From positions 1,248,001-1,312,000 of the forward strand of contig CAVYXA010000001.1 of assembly GCA_963772365.1 (NCBI GenBank): DNA of 64,000 nt, read 5' to 3'. The stretch comes from an uncultured Verrucomicrobiae bacterium. Lineage in GTDB: Bacteria; Verrucomicrobiota; Verrucomicrobiia; Chthoniobacterales; UBA10450. The notes beneath the pieces were generated by a model. It was given only the letters and a program-made list of their open reading frames with translations, was not told the origin of the DNA and made no database searches. Of this stretch, positions 1 through 7,713 are shown one piece after another (positions within the stretch are counted from its first letter, which is position 1; every line of letters begins with the position of its first letter). A program made the translations under genes and the position numbers.

Positions 1-235
1 TGGGAACGGTGATCTTGAGAATGCTGTCGAGATACTCAAGGGTTGGCTTCGGGAAGCCTTCGCGTGCGCGCTTCGCGCCGATCGATCTTCCGAGGTTAAA
101 TCCTTCGAGGGCGTCACGCTCTTCCTGCGGCGTGCCGACGCGGATGATCTCCGACTGCTCGCCAACCGGAGCCGCGGCAGCGGCGCCGCTGGCGAGCACA
201 ATGCTGATAATGATGGTCGTGATAATGGTTTTCAT
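1..235 (-). CDS. Integron cassette 3 ORF, secreted hypothetical protein (runs off window edge)
   Basis: Manual translation from ATG at 235: MKTIITTIIISIVLASGAAAAAPVGEQSEIIRVG..., signal-peptide-like; lies just downstream of attC core GTTAGAC (266-260). Confidence 0.7.
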   Translation of the reverse strand, partial: MKTIITTIIISIVLASGAAAAAPVGEQSEIIRVGTPQEERDALEGFNLGRSIGAKRAREGFPKPTLEYLDSILKITVP

Positions 236-259
236 GGTGGTATTGGTGTGGTGCTAGGG

Positions 260-383
260 GTCTAACGAGAACAAGATGAGCGACGGCGGACGAGGGCGCG
301 CGTCGCTCGGAGTGGAAGGGTGGAAGGCATCTCAAAAGTGGCGCGCAGAGCGGTCCGCCGTTCGCTCCATCGCCTGGTTAGAT
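260..383 (-). mobile_element. attC site (124 bp) of cassette 2
   Basis: Minus strand: R'' ATCTAAC ... R' GTTAGAC with long imperfect inverted arms GAGCGAACGGCGGAC / GTCCGCCGTCGCTC. Confidence 0.92.
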
Positions 384-417
384 GACGGACGTTGCATCGT
401 ATCGGACGTCGTCTCCA

Positions 418-630
418 TCATCTTCTGATATTGTGACGCTCCATCAGAGAGCGAATTCCGAAGACGCTCAAGGCGACGGCACCGAGGATCAAAAAAATGA
501 ACGCGCCGATGCTGGAAGCAGTGTGTGCGGCGGGAAATATTCTGCCGATCGCTATCGCGCAGAGCATGAGCCCGATGCATCCAAAAAGGATGCCGACGAT
601 TTGGAGGTGCCTGATGCGCGACGAAGTCAT
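418..630 (-). CDS. Integron cassette 2 ORF, small two-TM membrane protein
   Basis: 70 aa with two hydrophobic segments; ATG overlaps the attC core (GTTAGATG); lies between two attC sites. Confidence 0.7.
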   Translation of the reverse strand: MTSSRIRHLQIVGILFGCIGLMLCAIAIGRIFPAAHTASSIGAFIFLILGAVALSVFGIRSLMERHNIRR

Positions 631-751
631 CTAACGAGAATAAGATGAGCGACGGCGGACGAGGGCGCGCGTCGCTTGTTTCATAATTCTTAATTCTTCC
701 TTCAGCCTTGTCATGCGGCGGTCCGCCGTTCGCTCAATCGCATGGTTAGAC
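629..751 (-). mobile_element. attC site (123 bp) of cassette 1
   Basis: R'' GTCTAAC ... R' GTTAGAT; arms nearly identical to the attC at 260-383, different central loop. Confidence 0.92.
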
Positions 752-757
752 GACATA

Positions 758-1366
758 TCAGTATGAGGCCTTCATGGCTTCCGATGCTGTAATGAATGCA
801 TTTAAGTACCGGACAAGGCGCTTCCGATAATGCGCCATCAAAAACTGGCCAGGCTCCAGAAAGTTGTGCATGCCGTACTCTTTCTTGTACAATTCATGCA
901 GACGCCGTCGTGCCTTGAAACTGTAGTGGGCCAAATAATTTCTAATGACGTAAACTTCGTCAATGAGCTTTGCGGTGGCTGGCGGTATTGCCGTGAAAGG
1001 GTTGCAGTGATCTGAGAGGATTTTCTTCGAAAATCCTTTCAGATCTCCGATGGATTTAAAATCTCGATAGCTATCGCCAAACACTAACACCTGACAAACG
1101 GCCTTGCTGGGGTGCTTCGGGAGATCCACGCCGAAGTAATTAGATAACTTCGAGCTGTCTACGTTAACGCAGTCTATGAGGTGCTCATCAACGAACGACT
1201 CCCAATAGGCGCAAATGCGAAGGAGAACTGATTCGGCAAGGTCTCGCTTTTCCTGCGCCGTCTTAATGACGCGCTCGGAATGCACAATCTTGGCCAGAAA
1301 TTGCAGGTATCGCAGCACGACGGCGTCGAACTTCTTGTGGTTGTGTTTGAGGTTCGCTTTGCGCAC
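758..1366 (-). CDS. Integron cassette 1 ORF, HEPN-like protein (putative RNase)
   Basis: 202 aa, helical-looking, RNYLAH (RxxxxH) motif and upstream AYWESFV helix; more AT-rich than flanking genes; between attI and attC. Confidence 0.7.
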   Translation of the reverse strand: MRKANLKHNHKKFDAVVLRYLQFLAKIVHSERVIKTAQEKRDLAESVLLRICAYWESFVDEHLIDCVNVDSSKLSNYFGVDLPKHPSKAVCQVLVFGDSYRDFKSIGDLKGFSKKILSDHCNPFTAIPPATAKLIDEVYVIRNYLAHYSFKARRRLHELYKKEYGMHNFLEPGQFLMAHYRKRLVRYLNAFITASEAMKASY

Positions 1367-1374
1367 GCGTTGTC

Positions 1375-1436
1375 GTCTAACGAGAATTCGGCCGAATTAT
1401 TCGGCATTTAAAGGCGGAATTATTCGGTCTAATCCG
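1375..1436 (-). mobile_element. attI site of the integron
   Basis: GTTAGAC core at 1381-1375 directly upstream of intI and of the first cassette; no R'' box; upstream core-like repeats ATTAGAC and TTTAAAT. Confidence 0.8.
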
Positions 1437-1473
1437 CTTGCCTTCCAGGGAAGCACCCGATAAAAACCGAATC

Positions 1474-2463
1474 ATGGCCACCATTGTGCCGCTGGGACTG
1501 CCGGTGGACAAGCCAAAAAAACTGCTCGATCAGGTGCGCGACGTGATGCGGCTCAAGCATTACAGTCTGCGCACAGAACGCTCCTATTCTGATTGGATTG
1601 GGCGCTTCATCCGCTTCCACCAGATGCGGCACCCGCGGGCGATGAGCGAAGTTGAGGTGAGCGCCTTTCTCACCCACCTGGCGCGGGATAGCCAAGTGGC
1701 AGCTTCCACCCAAAATCAGGCCCTTAGCGCGATCCTCTTCCTCTACCAGCAGGTGCTCAAGCAAGAGATTGGCTGGCTGGGCAATGTCGAGCGGGCCAGC
1801 CGACCGGCGCGACTGCCGGTGGTGCTCAGTCGCGAGGAAGTCGACAAAATCTTTGCGCATCTGCATGGAACGCACCGCCTCATGGCGGGATTGCTCTACG
1901 GGAGCGGGCTCCGATTAATGGAGTGCGTGCGCCTGCGAACCAAAGACATCGAGTTTGCCTATGCAAAAATCATTGTTCGCGACGGCAAAGGTATGAAGGA
2001 TCGGGTAACGATGCTGCCAGTCGCTCTGGCACCACCGCTGCAGCGCCATTTGCAGAAGGTCCAAGCGCAACACGAACAGGACTTGGAAGATGGTTTTGGT
2101 GAAGTTTACTTGCCGCACGCATTGGCGCGGAAATATCCCTATGCAGCGCGGGAATGGGCCTGGCAATTTGTCTTTCCCTCGACCCGTATTTCAAGGGATC
2201 CGCGCTCCAGTGCAAAGCGGCGGCACCATGTCGAGGAAAGTTCCCTCCAACTTGCCATGAAAAAAGCCGTCCGCGCATCGGGGATTAACAAGCCGGCCAG
2301 TTGTCACACTTTGCGGCATTCGTTTGCCACGCATCTATTGGAGAACGGCTACGATATTCGAACCGTGCAGGAGTTGCTCGGCCACAAAGACGTGAGCACG
2401 ACAATGGTTTACACCCACGTGCTCAACAAGCCGGGGTTGGGCGTTCGCAGTCCGCTGGATTGA
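1474..2463 (+). CDS. intI: Integron integrase (tyrosine recombinase)
   Basis: [53 protein letters not shown], plus the IntI-specific insert [12 protein letters not shown]...WQFVFPS; divergent from the cassette array; start at 1474 assumed. Confidence 0.97.
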   Translation: MATIVPLGLPVDKPKKLLDQVRDVMRLKHYSLRTERSYSDWIGRFIRFHQMRHPRAMSEVEVSAFLTHLARDSQVAASTQNQALSAILFLYQQVLKQEIGWLGNVERASRPARLPVVLSREEVDKIFAHLHGTHRLMAGLLYGSGLRLMECVRLRTKDIEFAYAKIIVRDGKGMKDRVTMLPVALAPPLQRHLQKVQAQHEQDLEDGFGEVYLPHALARKYPYAAREWAWQFVFPSTRISRDPRSSAKRRHHVEESSLQLAMKKAVRASGINKPASCHTLRHSFATHLLENGYDIRTVQELLGHKDVSTTMVYTHVLNKPGLGVRSPLD

Positions 2464-2505
2464 AAGCTCGAGGGGGCGAGATGTCTCCACTTTGCGCGGG
2501 TGCGG

Positions 2506-3219
2506 CTAAATCTCGATGATGCGAAACGGTTTGCCGTTTTTTCGGAGAACGGGTGCGGAGACATTGTAAACGGGAATGCCCGTTGCGGTAGCGCCGTCTC
2601 CGGTTCCGTTGTGGGCGTGGCCGTGGAGGACGGCGGTGACTCGAAACCGGTTGATCGGTTCCTCGAGGCGGCTGCATCCGAGGAATGGGAAGATTTCCGG
2701 ATCTTCGCCCTGAAGCGTCCCGCGAATGGGCGAATAATGGAGCACCGCGACCTTGCGGTCGGTTTGCAATTTGGCCAGGGCTTGTTCGAGATGCACAGCC
2801 TGATTGATTGTTTCCTGGACGAATTGTTTGATGAGCGGTTCGCCCCAGGCATTTAGCATTCGTCTGCCGAATCCACCGCCGAATCCGCACACGCCGGCGA
2901 AACCGACGCCTTCGATCTCGGTCGCAGCGCCTTCGAGCAAAATCACGCCGGCTTGATCAAGAACTTTGCGAACCAAATCCTGTTCGTTCGATTCGAAGTC
3001 GTGATTACCGAGCACGGCCAAAATTGGGATTCGCACTGCGGCGCGAAGATCGACAACCAGTTGTTCCGCTTCCTCGGCCAATCCGTAATCGGTTAAATCG
3101 CCGCACAACAAAAGGACATCCGCCGAGCGCGACATCTCGGCGAAATCGTCAGCCATTTGGCCGCGCGAATGTTTGCCGTAGTGAATGTCGGCCGTAGCGG
3201 CGATGCGAAGTTTGCTCAT
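2506..3219 (-). CDS. Calcineurin-like metallophosphoesterase
   Basis: DIH, GDLTD, GNHD, HY and HGHAH motifs. Confidence 0.9.
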   Translation of the reverse strand: MSKLRIAATADIHYGKHSRGQMADDFAEMSRSADVLLLCGDLTDYGLAEEAEQLVVDLRAAVRIPILAVLGNHDFESNEQDLVRKVLDQAGVILLEGAATEIEGVGFAGVCGFGGGFGRRMLNAWGEPLIKQFVQETINQAVHLEQALAKLQTDRKVAVLHYSPIRGTLQGEDPEIFPFLGCSRLEEPINRFRVTAVLHGHAHNGTGDGATATGIPVYNVSAPVLRKNGKPFRIIEI

Positions 3220-3385
3220 GGCTCCGAGAATGAAAACGGATGCGCCGGCGGCGGCGGACGTTTAGCGGAACCCGACGGCTGTTAGCCCATGTCCTCATCG
3301 GCAGAGATGCCGATGCCACTGCTCTCGCACGGACGCGGCTACAAAATGCACGCACTGCCGGAGGCTGGCTCGTTTATCAATCTGG

Positions 3386-4174
3386 ATGACGAACAGATCG
3401 CATGAGCCGACCGCGCTCGATGATTTCTATCGCGCCTCGATGGAGGTATTGAATCGGGCCAACGTTCCGTTTCTGGTCGGAGGCGCATATGCTCTGGGCG
3501 TTTATACGAAGATTTCGCGGGACACCAAAGATCTCGATCTTTTCCTGCGACCGGCCGATGTCGATCCTGCGTTGAAAGCATTCGACCGGGCCGGTTATCG
3601 AACGGAAAAGACGTTCCCGCACTGGATCGCGAAAGCAAAACAAGACGAGTATCTGATCGATCTGATTTTTCGAGCCGGAAACGGTTTATGCGAAGTGGAC
3701 GATTCGTGGTTCCGGCGCGCCTGCGAGCAGGAAGTGCTCGGCGTCCGGGAAAAACTTTGCCCGGTCGAGGAATTTGTCTGGATGAAATCGTTCATCATGG
3801 AACGGGAACGCTTCGATGGCGCCGATGTTCTCCATTTGATCCAGAGCAGGGCGACCAAACTGGATTGGGCACACTTGATCGACTTGTTTGGCGAAGACTG
3901 GCGAGTGTTGTTCGCTCACCTGATCCTGTTTGGATACGTTTATCCAAGCGAGCGGCATCTCATCCCCGCAGATGTGATGGACGATCTTCTCGCGCGCGCT
4001 TCCGGGGACAAAAATCAGAGGCAGCTGGAACGGTTGTGTCGCGGCACATTGCTATCGCGCCGGCAATATCTCATTGACGTCGAGCAACGCGGTTTTCGCG
4101 ATGCGCGGTCGGACCAACGCGTTCAAATGAGTTGCGACGATATCAAACGCTGGACCGACGCGATAGCGCGGTAA
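3386..4174 (+). CDS. Nucleotidyltransferase-fold protein
   Basis: LVGGAYAL...RDTKDLDLF (GG/DxD) motif and downstream IDLIF. Confidence 0.8.
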   Translation: MTNRSHEPTALDDFYRASMEVLNRANVPFLVGGAYALGVYTKISRDTKDLDLFLRPADVDPALKAFDRAGYRTEKTFPHWIAKAKQDEYLIDLIFRAGNGLCEVDDSWFRRACEQEVLGVREKLCPVEEFVWMKSFIMERERFDGADVLHLIQSRATKLDWAHLIDLFGEDWRVLFAHLILFGYVYPSERHLIPADVMDDLLARASGDKNQRQLERLCRGTLLSRRQYLIDVEQRGFRDARSDQRVQMSCDDIKRWTDAIAR

Positions 4175-4205
4175 GGCAACCTCTGCTCGAAGGTCTCACC
4201 GATTG

Positions 4206-4316
4206 AAAAGCGACGCGAAGACGCGTGCGCACTCCTAAAGCTTCGCAAAACGAAAAAGTGCGCCGCAGTTTCGGACGCAGTCCTTTTGGAGTGCGAGGCG
4301 TCTTCGCGTCGCTTTT
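4206..4316. repeat. REP-like inverted pair, family A (AAAGCG..CGCACTCCNAAA / TTTGGAGTGCG..CGCTTT)
   Basis: Inverted units; homologous copies at 15350-15528 and 56638-56748. Confidence 0.85.
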
Positions 4317-4382
4317 CACGCCAGATAAAACACGCAGCCAGCCGATACCAATTCGAAAGCACCCACTCTTCACGCTATCCGA

Positions 4383-6221
4383 TTATCGCGGAGTCGATAT
4401 CGATGCTGGCGATGGCTTGGGAGACGGCGAAGCCGATGGAGCCGGCGTCGGACTCGCGGCAGCCGCTGCAATTTTGGCCCTAGTTTCTTCGAGAAGTTTT
4501 TTTTCCTCGATGTAGAGATGATCGTGCGATGCGGCCTGGACGTATTCCCGCGCGGCATCCATTTGGTTTTCATCGACCAAAAGAGTCGCCACGTAGACAG
4601 CTGCATGTGGATCATGCAATTTTTCCGGTGGCAACTTCTTGATGATATCGAGGCCTTCGGTTGTGCGTCCCAGGCTGTAGAGGGAAAAAGCGTAGGTAAC
4701 GGCGCAGTTCACATCGTTTGGCGCCTGATCGTAGGCTTGTCTGGCCAACAGCTGCGCCTGTTTTGTGTTTTGATCGATGTTCAGCCCGAGCCGGGCCAGA
4801 TCGGCAGTAATCCCAGGTTCGTTAGGTGAGCTTTCGTGCAGACGCTGGAGAATATCGTGCAATTTTCTCAAGTCATTGTTGGCGCGATAAATCCGGTAAA
4901 GAGCGTCCAGCGCTTCCCGGCGGGTAGGTGGATTTTGCGAAACATTCGACCAGAGCTGGGCTGCTTCACTCGTGAGATTCCATTTCGTCGCCAGTCGGGC
5001 CAGTTTGATTTGCCGGTCCGGCTGATCATGAGCGGCATACTTCGCCGAACGCCAGAGCCGGTCCGCTTCGGCATCGGCCGCAGCCTGACGTGACTGACGG
5101 GCGGCATAAGATTGATAGGCCAGACGCAGGTAATCATCCTGTTTCCACGATCCGGTGCGCGTCCAACGCTTGAGGTGCGACCAATTTTTTAACTCGGCAA
5201 AAGCTTCCGCGATGGCCACGGCCACCGGCGTATGCGTTGTCACATCCGACGTCAGCTTGTCGTTCCATTTGAGCACCTCGGACGACAGACCGTGGTTATT
5301 CATCCAATCCATTAACATCGCCAGATCGGCCGGTTCTCTTGCAGCCACCGGTTTCACTTTCTCCAGCAGCGCGCGAAATTTCTTTTCGTCGAGCTTCCGG
5401 TAAAGATTCAGACAAAGCAGATAATCTGAAAATGTGACCTCCTGCGACATCTGGAGTTGCTGAGCAAACTTATCGGCCGATTCCAGATCGTTTCGATCGA
5501 CGGCATCGTTCAACAAAGCTCGGACCGCGCCGGTGCGAAACGATTGGGATTGGCTCAGACGCTCTAAGTTTTGGCGCGCCTCCGCGCTTTTCGCCGCGTC
5601 CGACGATCGAATTTGCAGCACTGCCAGATTGAATTTGTAGAGATCGTTGCCCGGTTCGCGGTCCACAGCCGCCGCGAATTGGCGTTCCTGTTCGGCAATG
5701 TTGCCTTCGGCCTGCGCCAGCCAGCCGGCTACAACATGAAACTTCGCCTGATCGCGGTCGCGCGGTTCGACATTGCCGAGCGCTTCGCGAGCCGTGTCGA
5801 GATGACCGAACCGAAGGGCGGCGGAAGCCAGGTTGAGTTGGCTATCGAGATCGTGCGGCAGAAGCCGGGCAATTTGGGCGCGCCAGGAAATCGCCTCCTC
5901 AAGATTTCTTTTCTCAGCTGTTTCGGCCAGGATGTACAAAGCTGGCAGGACATCGGGGCGCTTCTCCAAGACTTCGCGGGCAACCCGGGCCGCCTCCGCC
6001 AGTTGGCCAGTCTGCTGGAGTGTGCTCGCTTGTTTGACTAAATTCCGTTCCCGCCAGCCACGGTAAAATTTCAATCCATAGTTAAACGAAAATCCCGCAA
6101 CCGCGAGCACCAGCACAGTCATCCCGATTAGAATCACGGCGCGCTTAGGAGAGAGATCGCGCCGCAAAATGTCGAGCGACCGCCTTTTCCTGCGGCGAAC
6201 ACGAACGATTCTCTCGGGCAT
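4383..6221 (-). CDS. Membrane-anchored TPR-like protein
   Basis: 612 aa, N-terminal TM segment, helical TPR-like repeats, Pro/Ser tail. Confidence 0.8.
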   Translation of the reverse strand: MPERIVRVRRRKRRSLDILRRDLSPKRAVILIGMTVLVLAVAGFSFNYGLKFYRGWRERNLVKQASTLQQTGQLAEAARVAREVLEKRPDVLPALYILAETAEKRNLEEAISWRAQIARLLPHDLDSQLNLASAALRFGHLDTAREALGNVEPRDRDQAKFHVVAGWLAQAEGNIAEQERQFAAAVDREPGNDLYKFNLAVLQIRSSDAAKSAEARQNLERLSQSQSFRTGAVRALLNDAVDRNDLESADKFAQQLQMSQEVTFSDYLLCLNLYRKLDEKKFRALLEKVKPVAAREPADLAMLMDWMNNHGLSSEVLKWNDKLTSDVTTHTPVAVAIAEAFAELKNWSHLKRWTRTGSWKQDDYLRLAYQSYAARQSRQAAADAEADRLWRSAKYAAHDQPDRQIKLARLATKWNLTSEAAQLWSNVSQNPPTRREALDALYRIYRANNDLRKLHDILQRLHESSPNEPGITADLARLGLNIDQNTKQAQLLARQAYDQAPNDVNCAVTYAFSLYSLGRTTEGLDIIKKLPPEKLHDPHAAVYVATLLVDENQMDAAREYVQAASHDHLYIEEKKLLEETRAKIAAAAASPTPAPSASPSPKPSPASISTPR

Positions 6222-6287
6222 TTTTTCCCCTTATGCTAGTTTGAATAGGACAATGCAACCGCGCCCCATCGCGAGCTGCGGCGACAT

Positions 6288-7646
6288 TTACGCTTCAACG
6301 CGTTCTGCTTCCCGGACAACCGGCAGGCTTTCAATCGACTCGAGCGTTTCCTGCCGCAGACGGCGGCCCCACACATATCGCGCGAGCAGCACCTTCAACG
6401 TGGCAGTTAACGGCACGGCAAGTATCGGCCCGAGCAATCCGCCAATGAGTAATCCCCACACGAAGATCGACACGATCACCGTCATGGGATGCAGACCCAC
6501 GTAAGTTCCTACGATCCGCGGCGCGTAAAATAATCCTTCGAGATTTTGAATCACGATGAAAATGATCGTGACCCAAAGCGGCCACCAACCGCCCATTTGG
6601 AATGTCGCGATCAGCACCGCCGGGACCCAGCAGATGATAATCCCGATGTAGGGAATCATGGTGAGGACGGTCACCATCAGCCCGATCAGTGGCGCAAAAT
6701 TCAGGCCGATGAGTGTGAGAGCGCTGCCAATAAGCACGCCATCCACCATGCAGACCAGTAATTGCCCGCGGAAATAAGCAATGATGTATTTGTTAATCTC
6801 CGACAACACGTCTGCCACTTCGTCTTTGAACGGCGACGCGCGCAATGGCAGATATTCTTTCCATCTCCGCGCAATGCGCGGGCTCTCCTTCAAGAGGAAA
6901 AACAGATACACCGGCACTAAAACAAGACTGAGAAGGAATCCGAAAACGCCGAGAAAGCCCCCGATGCTTTTTTGGAGAAGATTCCAAAACTTCTCGGTCA
7001 GGATCGGGATGTATTTCTCCAGATTGGGCATTTCTTTTTCTACCCAGGCCTGAACACGCTGCCGGTCTGCCGAGGAAATCTTGTCTGGATTAGGGGCAAT
7101 CACTTCACCAGACGGTCCGGCGCCTTCGGGCAGCGGTGTCGCAGTGGGCGAAGGCGAAGGACGCGGTGAAGGCGCGCCGAGAAGCCAGTTCACAAAATTC
7201 GCCGTGGGCGAAACGTGCTTCTCGTGCGACGCCTCGCTGGAAGCACCGAAGTTTCGATTAAACTGAAGCGCCAAATCGACCACGTAATCGCGCGCTTTCT
7301 GGGTATAATTGGGAAGTTCTTTCGCAAAATTCGCGCTTTGCGCCGAGATCGTCGGCACCAGCCACCAGAATAATCCAGCCAGGGCGATGAATGCGGTCAG
7401 GAAAATCAGTGCGATGGCTTGCAACCGGCCCCTAACGACCAGACTCAATCGCGTCACCAACGGATCCAGCAAATAGGCAAGGATCGCCGCGATGGCGACC
7501 GGGATCAGGATCGGCTGGAGAAAACTCATGACGTTGGCGCTCACCCAAACTACGGCGCCCGCCATGATCACCAGGATAATGACGAAAAAGGCGCTAAGCG
7601 CCGCCCACATCGTCTTTCTTTGCCAGGGCGTTGGATAACTGCTCAT
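6288..7646 (-). CDS. AI-2E family transporter
   Basis: Multi-TM; AYLLDPLV, YFRGQL, IPYIG, PRIVG..VGLHP motifs. Confidence 0.9.
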   Translation of the reverse strand: MSSYPTPWQRKTMWAALSAFFVIILVIMAGAVVWVSANVMSFLQPILIPVAIAAILAYLLDPLVTRLSLVVRGRLQAIALIFLTAFIALAGLFWWLVPTISAQSANFAKELPNYTQKARDYVVDLALQFNRNFGASSEASHEKHVSPTANFVNWLLGAPSPRPSPSPTATPLPEGAGPSGEVIAPNPDKISSADRQRVQAWVEKEMPNLEKYIPILTEKFWNLLQKSIGGFLGVFGFLLSLVLVPVYLFFLLKESPRIARRWKEYLPLRASPFKDEVADVLSEINKYIIAYFRGQLLVCMVDGVLIGSALTLIGLNFAPLIGLMVTVLTMIPYIGIIICWVPAVLIATFQMGGWWPLWVTIIFIVIQNLEGLFYAPRIVGTYVGLHPMTVIVSIFVWGLLIGGLLGPILAVPLTATLKVLLARYVWGRRLRQETLESIESLPVVREAERVEA

Positions 7647-7713
7647 GCGTTAATCAAGGTCGACTATCGAGTCAAAGCAGTTCTCGTTCGAGCGCAATCT
7701 GCGAGTTTCTGGA

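Noticed and set aside
260..751. Repeated ~120-bp sequences as CRISPR repeats or IS ends
   Set aside because: They have RYYYAAC/GTTRRRY boxes, separate whole ORFs and adjoin intI, so they are attC sites.
1381..1474. LexA box upstream of intI
   Set aside because: No CTGT-N8-ACAG or TGTTC-N4-GAACA seen; the palindromes present do not match a LexA motif I know.
3386..4174. CBASS-type cyclase
   Set aside because: It has a GG..DxD minimal NTase-type motif rather than the cGAS/DncV GS pattern, and no effector or cap genes are adjacent.
4123..4515. Short ORFs over repeat elements (also 15110-15662, 18190-18504, 44831-45046) and N-terminal extensions of panB, ridA, gmhB and the pilin
   Set aside because: They are translations of REP/MITE sequence or antisense shadows with no protein motifs.
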